Source: Podospora anserina (Eukaryota). From it: a DNA stretch of 64,000 bases. The notes below the pieces were generated by a model. That model had not been told where the DNA came from. It worked only from the letters and a program-made list of their open reading frames with translations, and did not search any database. Where the stretch lies: assembly GCA_017654855.1 (NCBI GenBank), contig CM030336.1, positions 2,108,001-2,172,000 of the forward strand, given 5' to 3'. Positions 12,506 to 26,263 of the stretch are shown piece by piece; position 1 is the stretch's first letter, and each line of letters opens with the position of its first letter. Both the position numbers and the translations under genes were made by a program.

Positions 12506-13576
12506 TCAGACTACCGCATAAGCAGAGGCATAGCTGACGCTGAAGTCGAAGCTCTTCTTCACCAAATTGCTTCTCTGGTACTGCACAAATTTGAACTTTC
12601 CTTTTCCATCAACGGCTTCCAAGGCTGCCATGATTACACCAATTGGATGCCTGCCACAGACAGTGTTGTGGCTATCCTGAACCACCTTGTAGAATTCACT
12701 ATGCTCACCAGACTCCACGGCATCCATGGCCAACTGGTCCAGCACTTTGATGACATCGTGGATCTCAGGCTCTCCAGAACTGATGCCGAGTTTGCTCCAA
12801 TCTGGCGGGGTGACGTTCAGGACTTCGTGCCGCACACCCTTGGACCGTGGCGCGTCCATGTCACGAATCGCACCGTCAGAAAAATGAGGTCGGTAGCTGA
12901 ATCGGGATCCCCAGTGACAGAAATCGGACGAGACGATCCAGGCTGTGGTGGGGTCCTTCAGGTACGAGGACAGCAACTTTCCAAAGGCCTTTTCTTCTTC
13001 GGCAGATCCATCGCCCACGAGTATCGGAACTATGGGCGGGTACTTTGTGCTGTCGTCTCCGAAGGTCTGCTGAAGTCTCTTCCAGAGGAACGGAACGTGC
13101 ATTTCCAGAGAATGTTCATCGACGTCTCGGCGGGCGGGTATATCGGTGAACTTGCCCGTTTCCCTCAGCTCGTTTATCGTGTTCCTATCCACCACGAGGT
13201 CCCCAAAGGGTGTTGCATATTTGCTGAATGTGGTTAACGCGCATCCGCGAAGATAATATGTGTGGGACGGTCCGAGAATGAAGACCCGTTTCGCCGCTCT
13301 GAGGTCGAGAGCCTTGTAGGCCCAGGCTGCGCAAGGCCCAGAATATGAATAGCCGGCATGGCTTCGAATCAAAGTCAGCATATTGAATCATCTCTCACAA
13401 GACACCGGGCTGTTTCTCGCTTACGGAGCTATGATCACTCGGGCGCCAGGCACAGGGAGACCATGGTCATCCAGCTGGTCAGGCACACGGCTTAGGAACC
13501 CGTCGAGCTGCGATGACAACTCCTTCTCATCATCATCGTACCAGGATCCAGCATGGCTAGCATCCCGTGTGGCCAT
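12506..13576 (-). CDS. MHO1: MEMO1/AmmeMemoRadiSam protein B family
   Basis: MATRDASHAGSWY, IIAP|HAGYSYSG, LGPSH, DEHSLEMH, SSDFCHWG, NTVCGRHPI, SVSYASAY; one intron (about 13423-13363). Confidence 0.93.
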
Positions 13577-14071
13577 GTTGTCTGGGGGCTGAGTTTCAAA
13601 GGAACTTTGAAAATAACACAAAGAATCTGAGCTGGTTATCTGAATCGAGTAGCATCGAGGAATGGGAGAAGCAGCTCCTTGCCACATGGACGGTTGGGCT
13701 ACCACCTAGCTCAGGTGGGGTTAGATAGGTAGGTAGCTACTTGGAGCTCTGCCCCGCACTGACGTCCGTGGTCAGTTGCACTTCATGTCACCAGCGAATT
13801 CACAGAGCAAAGCGCATAATAAAGAAAAATCAGGTCTGAGCATGTCTTTTGAATGAAATAACTAGAATGTATCGTCCACCAGAAAACCCTGTCCCAGATC
13901 CAGTTAACTCTTGATTGCCTCAAACCACAAACACCATCCGACCAAGAGGTATCAACAAACACCCACAACTTACTCAGACACAGTGTATACACAAATCCAC
14001 TCCGTGACGCCATGCTTCCCAGCCACTTGAACAAATCTTGAACTAAAGCCCGCCATTTCTCACTCGGCCCA

Positions 14072-14880
14072 TCAGTACACGTCAACACCCTGGGTCCGCC
14101 CGCTCCCGTTGGCTGCCCCCCAGTCCCGTCTCCCAGCGCAAGCCAAACATCGCCTGTGCTCCCCAAGATTGCTGACCGAGCAGCTGAAGCATACCGTCTT
14201 CCCACACGCTCCGCACGTGTTTTCTCCCATTTCGCCGCCTCCATCTATATCCATCATGATGCCATCTTGATCACCACAGGCATCCGATTCCAGCAGCCCC
14301 ACGCCACAGTCGTCACATGTTGTTGAAACCACCGCTGTGGATGAGTTGGGCATCGCAATTGGGGATGGCGAAGAGGTCAAAGACGCCTGAGACGACGACG
14401 GGCTAGCCACAGTTCGTGTGGGGAGCTTCCAGAAGCTGTGGAGGGAGCGTTGGTGTTGGTCGGGGTGCACCTCTGAGGGAACTAAGGTTGGAGTCGGTTC
14501 AGTGACTTGAACTTGGGGCGGCGACGGCGCTTGTTGATGAGTATGTTGCTGCTGTTGTGCAGAGAATAGCAGATTTAGGGTACGTTCTGCGAGATGAAAA
14601 AAGAGAGGTAAGTCACTGTGCCCAAACTCATCATGGTAAAACGAATCGGGGGGCTCCTACGGTGAATGATTGCCTCAGGTGGCCTATTATCGCGGAAGCG
14701 CTTCCTGGTGCGGCCAGGCATGTGTGAAGAGGTGGGGAGACGGGGCGAAAAGAAGCCGCGCCTAGCCGTATCCATCGCACTGATGGCATCGAAGTTGAAG
14801 CTGCTCGCCCGAGGTGGTGATGCAAGGGCTGAGCTAAAGGAGCTCAGGTGCGAGTCGGACCGTTTGCGCTTGATGACCAT
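14072..14880 (-). CDS. Hypothetical protein with basic N-terminus (KRKRS; GRTRKRFRDNRP) and C-terminal Cys cluster (CDDC..CGAC..CFSC..CLAC), probably Zn-binding
   Basis: Intron 14660-14587 (GTAGG...GCAG) joins IH|QRTLNLLFSAQQ; four CxxC pairs. Confidence 0.8.
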
Positions 14881-15499
14881 TTTCACAGATCAATGCATTG
14901 ACAACTTGGGAGTAACAATGTTGGAAATATCCGTACCCTCATCAAAAGAAACCACACGGACGCTGTCGAGGTTGCTCGAGTGACAAGCAAAGAAAGACGA
15001 AACCAGCCATCGAGTTCAAGGGGGTCCAGACGCGACTGTGCCACGACCACACGCGTAAATCTTTAAGTGCATGGTCCGTGCTTTTCGCGTTCGGCTCCCT
15101 GATGCAGGTTGGTACATACAAGTAGTGTAGCAGCAAAGCTCTCGAAACCTTCCATCCTTGGTCTCTCACTTTACCGGGAACTTTTCGAGCTTCAGTCTAT
15201 AAGATTGGTTGGACTTTTGTAGAAGACTAGAAGTTAAATCAGTATTCGTTGCCAAGTTCGTCCAGGCCTCTCCAGCTCTTCGTGGTCGATGAGCTCTTGG
15301 CGTCCCGTGATCTGGCGCTGCTGACGTGAGGCCCAATCGAACGCGTCTCTTCCTCATCCCCCCGCACTACGCGTCACTTTTCAACATCCTTTTCACAGCA
15401 CACCTAACATTCTTCGACGATTGGTACAAATTTTAGTCGATGAACTGAGATGTCTTTGCTAGGTCTTAATATTCTACGCCACCTGATTGACATTTCCAG

Positions 15500-17487
15500 A
15501 TGACCTCGGGCGAGTCAGCACAGCAAGCAAAGGAGCCATGCTCTCCAGAGCTTGGACCATTCAAGGACCAAATAGCACGACCTCAAGATCCAGATAGTGA
15601 AAATACCAATGCCGATCTTGCCTCGCTAAAGTACTCACTTCTTGGTCCGTCCTTGACAAAGGCCGGCCAGGACAAGGTTGATCAGTCCAAGGTAAACCCA
15701 TCGCTTCCAAGTCTCCTGATATTGCAGTGCCGAGTTCTGACTACCGGTCTCAGGTCGCCGAAGTTATCTATAATTCTTCCAAAGGTTCCAAGTTCTTCAA
15801 CCGTGAGGAGGAAAGAGACAAAGCCCTGACGGTCAAGATTGATCAAATCCTCGCCAAAAAGCGACAGTTGGAGAAGCTAGACCTCTCTCGGGAGCTCAGG
15901 GCTGCAGATGCGCTGCTTGCACAACTCGAGGCCTCACGTGATCTTACTCAACACATTGTTCATATCGATTGCGATGCCTTCTACGCCGCTGTTGAACAAC
16001 TGGACCGTCCCGAGCTCGCAGACCTCCCCTTTGCCGTGGGTGGGGGCGTTCTGACAACCTGTAACTATGTAGCTCGGAGATTTGGATGTCGAAGCGGCAT
16101 GGCCGGCTTCGTGGCAAAAAAGCTCTGCCCTGAGCTCATTTTGCTTCCACTCAATTTCGACAAGTATAACGCAAAGGCTGCCGAGGTGCGAGAGATCCTA
16201 GCAGACTACGACCCCCGGTTCGAAAGTGCCAGTATTGACGAGGCCTATCTCAACATCACCCAGTACTGCATCGACCACGGCATGGATGCTGCCGATGTGG
16301 TGTCCCAAATGAGAAGGGAGATACATGAAAAGACACACATCACCGTGTCCGCAGGGATTGCAGCCAATGCACGTCTGGCGAAAATCTGCTCCAACATGAA
16401 TAAGCCTAACGGACAATACGTTCTTCCTCGTGACCGGGTCGTCATCATGGAGTTCATGCGGAACCTCTCGTGCCGGCAAGTCAACGGTATCGGACGAGTT
16501 CTAGAGCGGGAGCTTGGTACCATTGGCATAAGCACCTGCGGCGACATTTATACTCAACGACAGTTCATCGAGAAACTTTTCGGTGAGAAGACCTACAACT
16601 TCCTTTTGCGGTGCTATCTTGGCCTTGGACGCACGAGCATACAGCCTGCCGAAGAGTATGAGCGCAAGAGTGTTGGAACAGAGCGCACGTTCCGTGACAT
16701 GGATAATCCGACCCAGTTACGTGAGCAGCTCAGACGAATAGCAGAAGAGTTGGAAAAGGATATGCGGCGGGCTGAATGCAAAGGTCGGACTCTCTGCATC
16801 AAGGTTAAGCTACATACGTATGAGGTGCTCACACGTCAAATAGCTCCGCCAAAGGCGGTCTATCTCGCCGATGACTTGTACGACTACGCACTGCCAATGC
16901 TGGTGAAGCTTGAACAAGAGGTCCCTAATATCAAGTTACGCCTCCTGGGCCTCCGATGTACCCATCTACTCAGCACAAAAAGGCCAGATACAATGGCCTT
17001 TTTTGGGTTCAGACCGAGGAGGGCGGGCTCTGTAGAGACTGGGGAATCTACCAGCCGCATGAATCCAAAGAAAGCCGCTGGCACTGGAGAAGAGTGGGAG
17101 GAGTGGCCCTCTGAAGCACGCAACGATGTCCTCCTAGCTGAGCGCGCAGGGAGCAGCTCAGGGGCCGACAGTCCATTCTGGAGACATGGCAAAGAAGTTC
17201 TCCCCAACCCGAAGAAGGAAAAACAGCCTGCTGAGGTGATGCAGGAGGAGCTTTGGGACTGCCCAATATGCAACCGACCACAAACGCCTGACGAAAGACA
17301 GTTCAATGAGCACATTGATCTATGTCTCTCGAGGCAAACTATTCGAGACGCCATTCAGCAGGTGGCTGCTTCAACCCCTCCACCCGGCAAGCCCAGTATT
17401 CCTGAAGCAAAGAAGAGCAAAGATAAGAAGAGAGGAAGGCAGTCAACAGCAGCCGATCCTCGACAGAAGAAGCTTCGGTTTACATGA
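15500..17487 (+). CDS. POLK: Y-family DNA polymerase kappa (DinB/IMS domain with C-terminal UBZ finger)
   Basis: SLLGPSLTKAGQDKVDQ, HIDCDAFYAAVE, TTCNYVARRFG, ASIDEAYL, NKPNGQ, UBZ CPIC...HIDLC; intron 15692-15753. Confidence 0.95.
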
Positions 17488-17772
17488 GAGCAAGCTGTGG
17501 TGCGATGGGCAGTTAGCTTTCTACCAAGTGATGATTGGTGGAAAGGGAAGCACAATCTCAGGAAAAGTAGATACCTGCCTTTATAGGAGCACTGGAAGGC
17601 TCACACATCCATGTAACTGAAAAAAACATGTGACTATGTCTTGGTTCAAAATAACAGACAGAGCGCCGAAATGCTGACGATTACGATGCATCGTATTTGC
17701 CCGAATGACGAGATCTACATGTTAAAAGCAATGTACGGTTCCGGCCTCACTGTCTCGCCAGAGACGAGCTGA

Positions 17773-20028
17773 CTAGGCTTCACTGCTAACTCGACGGTTG
17801 CCCCCCATGCTCATCCTAATCTGATGATCCTCCTCCTCTTCCTGCTCAAGCTCCTCACCGGGAAGTCGAACAGCCCTATCTAGGGCGACCGGTAACCCCC
17901 TGTGCCTGCCACGAAGCATGACAACACAAAGTAAGAGTTTTGACACGGGATGCCAACCCCCACAGAAGCTGTAGGAGTCGTGTGGTACTCCAACGCTGAT
18001 GCCAACGCAGCCATACGCCGACACCACCTCGAATATGACGTTGAAAACACTGAAGTTGATGGGATCTGCCATGAAGTTGCTCGTATTGATGGTAACGATG
18101 ACCAAAATCGCCAGACTTAACCACCAGAGGTCGTGGGCCAGTTGTCCGTGTATCTGCTGGCTGATGAAGCTGATGCGCGACTCGGGCCTCCGGAGAGAAG
18201 AAGGTGGTCGAGCCCCAACACCATGCCATGTTACCGTCCAACTAAACGCTCGGTGAAGTGCTGACAGGCCGCCTTGAGGGGAAACCCTACTGGGTGGCGG
18301 TCCGTGATGAGTGAGGGGAGATTGTTCTGGATCTGAATCAAGCGCATCATCTTCAACATAGATACCAAGAGACCGCTCTTCATAGACGTTTGAATGTCGC
18401 ATCGTGACCACCACCGGGTACGCTGATATATACATCATGATCACATACAAGACTTGCAGTCCGATGTATACTGATGGGATGGGAACAACATAAAACCCAC
18501 CCGAACGTACGGCTACACCCAGTGGTCAACAGATCAGCAACCATGTGCTATAAAAGAGGACTCGGTTCAGCTTACCAATAGCTTGAAACAACCCATCAAG
18601 CACGCGAGATCCAGGAGGTATGCTTTCGATAGGTGGGTTGCCAATGTTGAGAACCTCGAAAGCGACCCAGTCAATGCTGTTCAGCAAAACGAGCATAAAC
18701 AATAGCCACCAAGTGGCGCGAGCGGGAAAGAGGTTGGTATAGATGCGGCGCGGGTACTGAAGAATAAATTTCAAGGTGTCCTTAAGGGGGTTGTACTCCT
18801 CCTCTCGTGTCACCAGAGATAACAACCTCAAGAGAGACCAAACAATGAGCCTCAAAAAGACAGGATAGGCCGTATTGCCGGCGAGAATCATCAGCCCCAT
18901 GGTGACAAGAACAAAGTATGAGTTCTGAAAGGGAATCATATTGGCATCCAAGAGCGACATTCCTGAATTGTTGAATGCCGAGGCGCCGTTGAATATCCCC
19001 AGCCACCAGGGGTTTATGCCATTTCTCAGCGGCGGCTCGGCTTGGTTGTTGTTGATCCAGGCACCGAGCGCGATGCAGCCAAGAGACTGCCAGAGGACAA
19101 AGTAGACAGGCACAAGCAAGGCAAGGACTTTGAGCGCTCGATACTCGCAACCGCCTAGCTGTTCCCGTTCTTCGTTGGTCAGGTCGTAGAACTGAGCGTT
19201 TCTATTGCTGGAACGATGAGTGAGGAAGCTTCGCATGCCAGAATGACACTTTGTGCCCTCTTCTGGCCTGCCATGAGCGAGTACGCTTCGGTATACTGGC
19301 TGGTTATCGAGGGGGACATGTTGGGCCGCTGTTGACGTGGCCTTGATCCCATCGTGGACTTGCATGTTCGGGAGATGAGTGTCTACAAAAGCGATATGAG
19401 TGGGATTTGTGTTTTCGGAGGCTTCGACATTGATACAAGCTCGACCAAAGTTGGTGGTGGCATCAGCCTCGGGCCGGTTCGTTTGGGGAAGCGAAACGTG
19501 CTGGTTATCTATGGAACTCAGTCTGTAAGCTGCGGGTTGGTGCTGGGCTGTGTGCGATGATAGCGATCGCCGAGATGAACGAAAATTCGGTAATCTGCCG
19601 AGACTGAGAGCGCTTCCTCCATGAGAAGTTCGTCGCCGGCGCTCTGATTGAATCACATCCCGGAAGCGTTGCTCGAAGGCGTGTTTCCTCGTCATGACCG
19701 TCCATATAGACACCCAGATGGAGCTGCCAAATATGATGAGGAAAAAAAGTAGCGACTGCTGCCACGTTGTCAGTTGACTTAGGTTGACTGTGTTCAAGCC
19801 AGCTTCCGTCATGGCGGATACAACCAGGAACAAGCTGTCAGTATAGCTGATGCTCCAAGCTGGACTGGACGACCCCCAAAAGACAAGTGACGAGACCAGA
19901 CAAACGCTGATGAAGTAGGCATAATGGATGGTTATGAAGTTCAACGGCGGGAGCCAAGAACGACAACGAGAGATAAGTACCACGGCCCGAGGGTGGTTTT
20001 GCGCAAGTTCACGCCGTCGACGCGACAT
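17773..20028 (-). CDS. Trk/TrkH-family potassium (cation) transporter
   Basis: FITIHYAYFI, SAMTEAGLN, LGGCEYRAL, SAFNNSGM, RSGGFY, FEVVSAYGCVG, RGRHRGLP; one intron (about 18575-18514). Confidence 0.93.
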
Positions 20029-20776
20029 GGTATGGTGGACGCTCTGATGAGAGCTAACAGCAGCAAAGCTGACGTAGTCGAGGGACAGGTCCGAACCGCA
20101 TCAGGCTATGCGTCTAGATGTCGTGGGGCTTCGCGGGGACCTGCTTGTTTATAACTGGCAGTGGTCCATAGGTGAAGGGTCTCAGTCTTGTATACCGGGT
20201 ATCGAAGAGGTATGAAGTTGGAACAGTCCTCACAGACGTTTGCTTACCCACATCATTCCATGTGGAGGGAACGTTATGGACTAACTTTGACGGGAAGGCG
20301 CAGCTGGGGTCAACGGTGCCGAGGCGGCTTGCTCGATGAACTCAAAACGTTTAAATCAATTCATCTGATCTTACATGGCTGTCTTGTCAGCATTCTAACC
20401 AGCAGATTGCGGGCAGAGCTTTGCACCTATCCGACTGGTAAAGGAGGTACACGCCTTCGTGTCATTTTCGGCTGGCTTGGAAGAGCCTTCAAGCTGATTG
20501 CAATTATGAACCGTCAAGGTTACCACACCCAGGCCGAGTTATACTGGGAACAAAGCAATCCTGCCCTGTTTCACTCCACATGAAACGACAGGCCACAAGC
20601 CAGCAGTTAGTTCACGACGCCATCAATGAAAACATCGACATTGTCACTGACAAACAAGCCAAGATGAAACAACTGTGAGACTCGATGAACATGGACCGGA
20701 ACTTTGCATGGCTCTCTTTTTCTTTGTGTATCTCTCAGTGTGTATATATACAGACCCTTGTACAAGATACCGTTTT

Positions 20777-21580
20777 CTAGAGCTCGTTGTGCTCCTGAGT
20801 ATCGTCGGTGTCGGCAATGATGGTCTCAACAACCTCAGCCGCCTGCTTGGCGACGCTGGCCACCTTTTCAACAACCTTCGCGCTTGCCGTGGACTCGGGA
20901 GCATCGGTGGCCGACTTGGTAACAATCGATTCGGGTTTTGGCACACCCTCAATGCCAACCAATTCCGTTTCGAAGACTACAGTGATGAAATGGATTGTTA
21001 GTAATTGTACATCACAGCAAAAGAAACCACAGGAGACACCCCGGGTGGGCTGATGACGCACCAAGAGTAGATCCAGCGGGAATAGGTCCAACATTGCGGT
21101 CACCATAGCCGTAGCTTGGGCCAATGGTCAATGTCCGCTTCTCGCCGATGCACATATCGACGAGACCCTCGTCCCAACTAGGTGATTGATGTTAGCCTTC
21201 GCTCCTCATTTGCAGTTGAAGTTGGACCGTTGGGCGTAGATACCCCTTGATAACCATGCCAGCTCCAAGCTTGAATGAGAATGGCGATTGACGGTCGTAG
21301 CCTGGAAAGCACGCTGTTGTCAGCTTCGATCGACCATCGCTTCGTCCCAAAGCCCCCATGCAGGTGCCAGAGACGGAGGGCAAGCACGAGACTAACTCGA
21401 ATCGAACTTCTCGCCATTGGACTTGAGTGTGCCCTTGTAATGGACATTGATCTTGTCGCCCTTCTTGGTTACGCGATCGCACTCAACGGGGAGCGTGACA
21501 TCGATCTTGAGGTCATCGGAGGCGAGGACGCCGACAGCTGCCGAGGCGAGCAGGGAAAGCGAGAGCAGAAGGCCTTGCAT
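20777..21580 (-). CDS. FPR2: ER-resident FKBP-type peptidyl-prolyl isomerase (FKBP22/Fpr2), 4 exons
   Basis: Signal peptide; [47 protein letters not shown]...[16 protein letters not shown]-terminal HNEL retention signal. Confidence 0.95.
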
Positions 21581-23443
21581 TTTGAGGTCTGGAGTGAGCT
21601 GCGGGTGATATTAGACAGGCAAATCTCACAGCGGGTTTGGGCGCGGAGGGCACGAACAAAATGGTTTCTTGGTGGTTGTGTTTACGAAATACCCAGAATG
21701 TGGTTTGTTGGCTGAGTGCTTCTGGCCAGCTGGTCAATAGACAGCTCCAACCCCAATGTGTTTCGTGGCAATGGCCCCTGTAGGCACCCACACTAGCATC
21801 GCTGACGGAATTACCCCACAGTGCTTGATTTGTGCCAAGCCAAAACTCCATCTCAAACATTAAAGCATCCACCGTCACCAAAGCAGCACAAGAGCAATGC
21901 TCAACTCACTTGATGATGGCCTCCCATTTTCTGCTCCGAACTCCCCGTCATTTTCGGTGTCGGTCATGTCGGCCTGGTAGGCCGCGAACCACTGGTGTGC
22001 TTTGCCACATTGCCTGCGCTACAGATTCGACAGGCACACTGGCCCCGCAAACAAGGGGTAATCATGGATGACAACGAGGCGGAATGCACCAAGAACAAAG
22101 CCCTTCTTCTCACTTGTGAGTAACGACAAACTTCCTAGATTCCGGTCATGGTCTCTGAAATCACTTGAAGTCAAAAATGTCAGTCAATTAAATTTGGGGG
22201 CGTTCTTGGGTCGAAATTGTTGCAGCTGTTCAATGAAGGCCCAAGTATCGTGAAGCACTTGGCAACAACCAGGTTGAAGACCAAAGGAGAACCACAAAAC
22301 TCACCGAAAATCGAGGGCCCATTTGCCTTTTGAGGCAGTGACCACCCTCAATATCTCAAGGCACTCGTCGGGGCGTTGTGTAGTCTTTTTCCTGGGCTTC
22401 ATCATCATGAGTCACTCATCCAGCCACCAGAATATCTATGCTGGGTTCAAACTCGACAGTTCCATCAGGTTCAAGGCAACAGCAAACTACTGCGCCGTGC
22501 CAGCCCCCAGAAAATCCAGGCAACAAACGACTCGCAAAGTCAAAGGGCCCCGAGCTCAGGGTCTTCCCTGAGGCATACGCAGACAAAGCATCAATACGCG
22601 TCGTCGTCAACGTCAATGTAGTAGGTTGCAATGTGAGGCATTCGCAGCCGCTAAGCCAAGCTGTCTGCCCGTTGGCCCCCAGAGAGGGACGCGCAACTTC
22701 GCTGCTTCAGCTGACCGAGCCCTAAACTGAAGTCCTGGGGGCACCTCACCTGGTGAGACCTAGGACTCTCTGCCCGCCAGGCTTTACGCCCTGTCGGCAT
22801 CGCAGACACGACTCGCAGCGGTCGTTGATGCGATGCCAGTAACCCAAGATGTACCCGTTGCAAAGTACCCCTCCAAACCCGAGAATTCCATATGCAGCTG
22901 ACCTGCAGGTCCGGCTGTCACGACACCCTGCTGTGGCCGCCATTAGAGGAGCTTTCACCCCCACCATCAAGGTCTCTTTGTTGACATGGATGGCCGCCCC
23001 CTGGATCTTTTGACTCACGCATTCGAACAGACCGATCCACTCCCAATAGGTTCCTAACAATATAAGCGAAGGATACAAGGCACCGAGCTCTTCCCCAGGT
23101 TATGAGACTTGGCCTTGCGGTCTGCCTGGGGTTTGGCATGTCCTCACCGAAGCACTGAGCACCGCCCCTGGTATGATGCCTTGTCCCTAATCGCCTCCAC
23201 GACTGGGGGCGCAAACCTATTCTAGCTTGGGCCGTCAGGATAATGGTTTGTGGTTCGCTTTCATCGTTTTTTCTCAAACTCGTTTTTTTTTGTATATATA
23301 TCCTCAGTCCCAAACCATGTTGCCCAGTGCTATTCCTCACCCGACAAGCCCTCGAAAATCCATCACTCTGTAACCTACGGCCCAATTCCACAATATTCTT
23401 TACAAGAAGCCTCTTCCACCTACTTTTCAGAGTAACGTTTGCC

Positions 23444-23877
23444 ATGCCTTCCTATAACGGTTCCAAACATAGTACCATTGTTCACCAAAACCCAAGCCGC
23501 TCATCATCAACCTATTACTCGAACAATTCTTCTGGCAGCCGGTCATCCAGCCACTCTACTCACTCACACACCACGACCTATACGATGGACTACTCTACCT
23601 CATCTGGACCCTATGGGCACGACCAGGCCCAATACCGATCTCCTTATGCAAGTAAGTTGTCACCGCACAATCCCCGAGCCAATCTAGCTGGTACTAACCT
23701 CATAATGCAGAGGATTACAATGTCGACGTGTCAAGACATGGCAGCACTGTTGTCATCAATCACCATCGTCCCAATCCAAGCACTGACGAGCCAAGAGCCT
23801 CAGAATCTCGAGGTGCCTTTACTGTCTATGGCAACAAGCACAAGGATGATAGGCGCAAGGATAACAGTCGAAACTAA
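23444..23877 (+). CDS. Small S/H/Y-rich hypothetical protein (about 125 aa), 2 exons
   Basis: GCCATG start; intron gtaagt (23652) with ctaac branch and gcag (23710); exon 2 DYNVDVSRHGSTVVINHHRP...DNSRN*. Confidence 0.6.
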
Positions 23878-25105
23878 GGCTTGTTTGGGCGTCCGATGTA
23901 GCAGTGAGAAAGTATTTACTTGCATGGTCTCGGCGTTTCTGGTGGTTTTTTTGAGCATTTTCAGGGAAATTGTAGGATATATGGGATGGACTTTTGGACA
24001 CACAACACTGTACCGTACTAGACATCATCAGCTGGGCGTTCATGATTGAGGAATGGGGCTATGGCGATTAGGGTAGGGGCAGCTTTGACAACACTTTTCT
24101 CTTTCATACATTCGGGTTCAATTAGTAGAAAATAATAGACAAGAGCAGCATGGCTGCTTAGAACTGCAAATCTGGTGTTGCAATGTCCCGTCTTCCTTCA
24201 CTCTGCGGCTTCCAGAAGACTAGCTCACCTCTTCCGTGGTAAGAGCAATGAAATAAGGCCTTGGAACCATCGATTGCTCTGTAGAGTGTGAGATACAAAC
24301 GAAAATCATGAGTCATGAGAAGCAACAAGAAGCAGGAAGAACTAGAAGGTCGACGGAGAAGATAGAAAGAGGCCTACTATCCAATCAATAACCAATCAAT
24401 TCTTGCTTTGTCACGTGCTTTTGCACATTTCCAAACTACCTGCACGACATATATCACAGACATGATGCGTGGCGTCCGGTGTGTGGAACCAAATCTCAGC
24501 CTTCACCGGCTTGTGGGTGGACTTATTGGGCAATTGGAAAACCAGACGGTCTTGGAAATGGAAATGAAAATGGAATTCTTCTAGGGTTGCTGTATGTCGT
24601 TCCACCTAACCAATGGAACTTCCAATCAGAAGAGCCAGCCACTTACACATGTCATCTATGCCAAGACCATTGTCGCAGCCCAAGCACCCGCAAGGGGGGG
24701 CTACTACGCACACAATGTGTACCGAGTCGGTACTATCAGAGAAACTTATTGGGATAGGGAGAGGATGGTTTGTCATGTGCGCGCCTGCAGTGACAGTTAA
24801 GTCTCTAATTTCCTGATGATTGTTAGCTTGCCCCGTGCGGCTCCCACGCTGACAGGCATTTAAGGTCAGCATCAGCCTTGTTCAAATCACAGACACCTGC
24901 GTGGTCGCCACTGCGGAAGTATCAACAAAACGACCAGAAAAAAATTATAACATAAAAGCGGAAACCCAGTCAGTTCGATACCATACAAATTTCCTGTACT
25001 TCCAGCGTATGCTTTCGTCACCATTTGTGACTGCCGATGATACCATCTTGGGGTCAACCCTAGTTTCACATGGGAACAAGATACCCCACCAGACCACTAC
25101 TCTCC

Positions 25106-25612
25106 CTACGCACCGCCCTCCCTCTTAGCATATTCGTCCTCGATAGCCTCGGCGTACTTGTCCTCGGGCGAACGGGGGTCCTCGTGGATGATGTGTTTCT
25201 CCAACACTGTCTCTGGCGCAGGGCGATGGGCGATCTTTTCATTGAGGGAGTCGGCACGCATGTGTTTCTCGAGCTGTAGAAGATAATGCAGGTTAAAAGC
25301 TGTGTTTGTGCAGCACCATGGTGCTCTCAAACAGGAACGGACCTCTTTCTGTTGGGCTTGGATAGCCGGCGCTGCGGTTGAGGCGGGAAGTATGTTTTCT
25401 AGGACACGCGTGAGTCAGGCCATGACAGCCACAAGAGATTCCTCAGAACCAGGGTGTGAGTCTGAATTACTATTAATGAGCTCCTGGCGATCTGGGCGAT
25501 GCGCCAGGTGGTGCTCGAGCGAGTTCTTCCTGGCTGGGTTGGGTCGACTGGGCGAAATGGGAGTCTCGTCGACAGGGGCTTGGCTTACGACATTCGCATC
25601 TTGGTCGGTCAT
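25106..25612 (-). CDS. RPEL-repeat protein, 3 exons
   Basis: RKNSLEHHLAHRPDRQELIN|KNILPASTAAPAIQAQQKE|LEKHMRADSLNEKIAHRPAPETVLEKHII...YAEAIEDEYAKREGGA. Confidence 0.88.
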
Positions 25613-26263
25613 TTTGATGAGGTTTCGTTTTGATGTTTGTCCAATTTGATCGAGGAGTAATTGTGTTGGGCAGTGATGAAGCCAGAGCAAAACCAGTGCG
25701 GGGAACCACAGCTGCTTTTGTATCACTCTCTTCAATAAGAGCATCCCATTCCTCGTCCCCTGTGTTGTCGAGGCGGGGAACAACAGGTGATTGGATCACC
25801 CCACAACACGGAAGGGGCAGCGGGGACAAACAAGTAGCTGCTATCCTTGACCAGGTAACAATGACGCATGATCAACACCCCGCAACAGGGTCCCCTTGTC
25901 CCGTCCCGCCTGGCTGTTATAATTTGGAATGGGAAATCACACTGCACTACCATGACTGTGACGACAACCGCGATTAACCATATTCCCATAGCGTTTGCAG
26001 TTTAGCTGATATTTGGGATGGGAGGCACTCGGATGCCCTGAGGAGCCTAGCTTACCTAGACGCATTCTTGCACTGCCCGTACTTTCCTCAACGCGGTACC
26101 TATCATAGATGCAACAGAAGGATGGAAAGATACCGCCAGCACAGCCAAGCAGTGCGAACCGAAGCTTATGTGGGGCACACGAGGCGACTGCTTTAGCCCC
26201 AACTTCTTCCCGTGTACTCCAACCTACACTTCCTCATCGATACACCCCGTACATGTAGTTACC

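Noticed and set aside
23243-24049. 268-aa ORF
   Set aside because: Reads through the 5' UTR, an intron and the 3' UTR of the smaller spliced gene at 23444-23877.
24411-24872. Small minus-strand ORFs with a gtaagt...ttag intron-like piece
   Set aside because: No splice model gives a convincing protein; unsupported without RNA data.
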